Origin: Monocercomonoides exilis PA203
Taxonomy: Eukaryota; Protista; Preaxostyla
DNA length: 64,000 bases
Direction of reading: 5' to 3'
Assembly (NCBI GenBank): GCA_001643675.2
Contig: LSRY02000003.1
Span: forward strand, 1,922,001 to 1,986,000
Shown here: piece by piece, positions 59,983 through 64,000 of the stretch
Numbering within the stretch: the first letter of the stretch is position 1
How the letters are laid out: each line of letters opens with the position of its first letter
Program-made: the position numbers and the translations under genes
The notes under the pieces: generated by a model
Told to the model about the DNA's origin: nothing
The model's input: the letters and a program-made list of their open reading frames with translations, nothing else
Databases searched by the model: none

Positions 59983-61185
59983 TTATGTATTTGGGGCACG
60001 GAATGTGAGTGTTTGAAGAGGAACAAATATTGAGGTGAGGAGGGTGAGAGAGGCGTCTTGGAGGAGGGAAATGAATCCGGTGAGGGCATACTCGATGGTG
60101 GCACATGGGGTCTGTTGGGGCCTGCCACAGATATCAGCATCAGTTCCATTGCTGGCAACGATTTTGTTCTGGGCAACGAGGGGGAGCCAGCCATTATATT
60201 CAGCATTGTCAGCTGTGTTGCTGTTCCACACTCTTTGTGTTGGAGTTGTTGAGCCACATTGCTGGAATGGTGATAGGGTTATGCTACTTCCATTAAAGAA
60301 CACGTCATTTCCTCTGCCATTTGTTGCGGAATTGCCATCGAAGAAACAGAATGTGATGAATTTCATTCCATTCATCCAGGAATATGTGTCTCTGAAAAAT
60401 ATTGCAGCACCTCCCCATGATGTTGATGAACTTGTCAATTTGTTATTTATAAACTGACAATCATTAACCAAAAACTGACTTGGTTTGTTGCCTGGAGGAT
60501 AATTAAATGTTAGAGAGCCAGCAGAATCTTTTCCAGAATTTGAAATACACTTGCATTTGGAAAATAAGAATTGGCAAGTTGAAGTCATATTATTGAGCCA
60601 GAAATACCAACCCGTTCCACACCAATCAGTTATTGAACAATTTTCCACTCTGTTTTCTGAGAAGGACCAATCGGAAGTGGATTGTGGATAAGCAATGCAA
60701 GTTGCTCCTCCATGTGCAGCTGTGCAACTTGTGAAATTGGATTTTATAATGTCAATTTTCAGCAGGTTATCGCAACGTATTGCTCCACCACTGTATCCAC
60801 CTGTGGTTGAACAATTGTTGAAGGAACACGATGTGATTGTGAGATTGGCATTTGTGCAACTAACTTTAAGTGCGCCTCCATGATCACTTCCTCCATTTGA
60901 ATCATTCCATTCACACCATTCGAAGCGATGGCTATTAACATCAAAAGAAGTCAATCTTCCAGGTGATTTTCTATCAGTTTCATTTCCAATATACACCTTT
61001 GCAGCATTTGGTGAAGAGCGTGTTTGATGAAGGAAAGAAGCATTGAAGGCAGAGAGAGAAGTGGATGGGTTGTTGAGGTTGGGGAGGATGGCTCCATCAA
61101 TGGGGTTGTGGGTGTGGATGAAAATGATTGAGTTTGAGGATATTTTTTGCCGGAAGAACACGCAAAAATAAAAGAAGAAAACCAT
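59983..61185 (-). CDS. Cassette G: variable domain, long-type tail start, no true leader
   Basis: Framework conserved. WLPLVAQNKIV..CGRPQQTPCATIEYALTGFISLLQDASLTLL is shared with C. Confidence 0.75.
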   Translation of the reverse strand: MVFFFYFCVFFRQKISSNSIIFIHTHNPIDGAILPNLNNPSTSLSAFNASFLHQTRSSPNAAKVYIGNETDRKSPGRLTSFDVNSHRFEWCEWNDSNGGSDHGGALKVSCTNANLTITSCSFNNCSTTGGYSGGAIRCDNLLKIDIIKSNFTSCTAAHGGATCIAYPQSTSDWSFSENRVENCSITDWCGTGWYFWLNNMTSTCQFLFSKCKCISNSGKDSAGSLTFNYPPGNKPSQFLVNDCQFINNKLTSSSTSWGGAAIFFRDTYSWMNGMKFITFCFFDGNSATNGRGNDVFFNGSSITLSPFQQCGSTTPTQRVWNSNTADNAEYNGWLPLVAQNKIVASNGTDADICGRPQQTPCATIEYALTGFISLLQDASLTLLTSIFVPLQTLTFRAPNT

Positions 61186-61622
61186 AAAAAACGATTTTAG
61201 CGAAACTTTCTGTTCTTAATTGTTATCATTTGTCTTTATCATTTCCAGCGTGAAAATTTTCATCGATTCATTGCATGTTCTTCAAACTTCTCAAAAACAT
61301 ATCATCCAACTTCTTCATCATCCACTTCATCAGATAAATTTCTTCATGATCTGTTTCATCATCAGAGATCATGAAAGAAATGATGAAGAAACTAAGAAAT
61401 TTATTTATCAATGAAATATCCAGAAATAAGAATTAGATGAAAAAGTATGAAAGAAGAGCCGAAGTTGAGAGTAATTGAAGGGACTGCATTGAGAGGGGAT
61501 TCGGAAAGGAAATGGAATTGAGAAGATGGAAGAGATATTTTTGGAAGAAAGAGGAGATCTGGATGGAAGTTGAATTTGCGAAGAGAAGGAAACAGCAACT
61601 AATTCAGAGAAAAATATTTGGA

Positions 61623-62951
61623 TTAACAGAGGATAAATTTGAATAAAGAAACAACAACAAGCAAGTCAGGGTGATGCAATTCAGAAGAAATTATAAATAT
61701 GATTAACGAGAGAAAAGAAGGAATATGAGGAGAAGCGGGGGGAAAAAATAATTGGAAAAGAAAATATAGTGAGAAAAACTTTTTGTTAGAAGAATTAGTT
61801 AAGAAAAGATGAGAGAGCCAGCCATTGTACTCGGTATTATCAGCTGTTCCTTGATTCAACACTCTTTTTGTTGGAGTTGTTGAGCCACAATTCTCGAATG
61901 GAGATTGGGTGATGGAATTACCATTGAAGAACACATCGTTTCCTCTGCCATTTGTTGCGGTGTTGCCATCGAAAAAGCAGAATGCGATGAATTTATTTCC
62001 GCTCATCCAGGAATAAGTTGCTGTGCAACACAGCGCAGCACCACCATAGGAAGTTGAAGTTGATGTCAATTTGTTGTTTATGAACTGGCAATCATTAACC
62101 AAAAACTGGTTGGGCTTGGTTCCTGGAGGCCAATGAAATGTGAGAGAACCAGCAGAATCACCACCAGAATTTGAGATGCACTTGCATTTGGAAAACAGGA
62201 ATTGGCCAGATGCAGACAAGTCATTTAGCAAGAAATACCAGCCAGTTCCGCACCAGTTTGTTATTGAACAACTTTCCACTCTGTTTTCTGAGAATGAATA
62301 AACAGAATTTGATTGTGGTAAGCCAACGTAAGCAGCTCCTCCATGAGCAGCTGAACAACTTGTGAAATTGGATTTTGCGATATTCACATTTAACAAATAT
62401 ATACAATATAACGCTCCTCCATGATCGCTTGTTGAACAATTGTTGAATGAGCAAGAAGTGATTGTGAGATTTGCATTCGCGCAATTTACATAAAGTGCAC
62501 CACCACGACTTGACCCACCAGTTGAATCGTTCCATTCACACCATTCAAAGTGATAGCTATTCAAACTAGAAAAGGACAATCTACTTAAATTCTTTCTTTG
62601 AGATTCAGATCCAATATATTCACCAGGATCATTTGATGAAGAACGAGTTTGATGGAGGAAGGATGTGTTGAAGGCAGAGAGGGAAGTGAAGGGGCCATTG
62701 AGGTTGGGGAGGATGGTACCATCGATGGGGTTGTGGGTGTGTTTGAAGATGGTTGAGTGGATGGAGAGGGATGAGTGAAGGGAGAAGGAGGGGATTGTAT
62801 TGATGTTGATGTTGGTGGAAGAGGAAGAAGAGGAAGAAGTGGTTGAGATGAATGAATTGAGTGAGTGTGAGGGAAGAGATGGAAGAGATGGATGGGATTC
62901 GGATGAGGAGATGTTTGAAAAGAGAGTATAGGAAGAGTGAAAAGAGAAATT
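61623..62951 (-). pseudogene. Cassette H: variable domain, short-type tail, in-frame stop upstream
   Basis: Open from an in-frame TAA (~62953) with no ATG before the domain. Framework conserved. Upstream region shared with E. Confidence 0.75.
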
Positions 62952-64000
62952 TTAAAAATTCTTTTGTGTATGTTTGTGTTAAAGAAAATGAAATTGCTCA
63001 AATTGCTTCATTTTTCCTTTGAATTATTCTTTTTGATGAAATGAAATTGACTTGTGTTTTCTGCAATTAAAATGAAAATAAAAAAAAATTATAGAAATGA
63101 ATTTTTGAATCAATAATTAAAATTTCATTTTGTTTCATTTTCGCGTTTTCATCAAAAAGCGAAAAAATCATATTTACAAAAATTTTATATTTCTGGGGAA
63201 ACTGAAAGCGCAAAATTCAACAAGAAATCGAAAAATGTTCAAATGATAATTAATATTCGTTTTTCAGTTTGGACTCTTTTTTGTTCAGTATTTCCAAATT
63301 TTGAATTTTTTTTTAATTTCATTTATTTGTGAAAGAACAACTTCATTAGAATACAACTGGTGAAAGAGAATTGAAGAATGACTTTATTATTTCTTCCAGA
63401 AAAATCATTTCATTTATGACTTTTGATGAAAGAATTTTGCTGTTTATCATTTTGCAAAATTATCTTTGAAATTCATAAAAACACTTCATCTGCAATATTG
63501 ATTGATGTTTGAAATTGTGTTTGCACTGACCAATTAAATAAGTCGTTTTCATTTTGATAAAAACGGAATGTCCATGCTTGCAAACAAAACAAATTATTCA
63601 TTTGAAATTATTAATTTTGTTTTTAATTGATCGTTTATAAAAAGAAAGGAAATGGAAAAACAATGCAAATATTTCAACAATGTGTCAGGCTATTATTGTT
63701 TGAAACTCAAATAAAAAAAAATTTATTTATACTATTATTCATTGTTTCACATGAAATTATTCCTTTCCATTGAGAGGATAAATTTCATTTATATTGATAT
63801 CTCAAACATTTTGTCTTTCAATTTTTCAAAAGAAATATCAAAAGAGTATTTCAACTTTTTTTCCTTTCAAAAAAGAAGTTTAATTAATCTCAAAGAATAT
63901 TCCCATTCTTTGTTTATTCTTCAACTTTTTGTTTAAAATTTGTCACTTCAAACATTCACATTTCCAGAATCAATGTCTGAAAAACAATTGAAGGATAACA

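Noticed and set aside
10600-62579. Diversity-generating retroelement as the source of cassette variation
   Set aside because: No reverse transcriptase in the window. Differences are not adenine-specific and occur as shared blocks.

Overview
AT-rich eukaryotic DNA with short GT-AG introns, TAA/TAG read as stop, and poly-Ser/poly-Glu proteins. The style suggests an oxymonad such as Monocercomonoides, but this is inference only. A central island of ordinary genes (METTL22-like methyltransferase, symplekin/Pta1-like protein, RPL18/eL18, one intact type-I membrane beta-helix protein) lies between two inverted-repeat-bounded clusters (~8.3-31.5 kb and ~51.3-63.6 kb). Together these clusters hold eight copies (A-H) of a ~260-aa GGA-repeat beta-helix domain. 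The eight domains keep a conserved framework but swap identical 70-284 bp tracts in incompatible combinations. Only two copies carry a signal-peptide leader, and these sit opposite leaderless copies with longer 3' parts. This is the best candidate for an undescribed system: a surface protein or receptor diversified by gene conversion and possibly inversion. The window also holds four distinct Merlin/IS1595-type elements with 8-bp TSDs (one with an intact transposase; the two transposase-bearing ones have a GCGGAA box exactly 98 nt inside each end), a tandem pair of intron-bearing pogo-like transposase pseudogenes, a perfect 396-bp foldback element plus a diverged relative, a TIR element with a ~12-bp TSD, a probable tyrosine-recombinase relic and the 3' part of an S9 peptidase. 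All alignments were done by eye.
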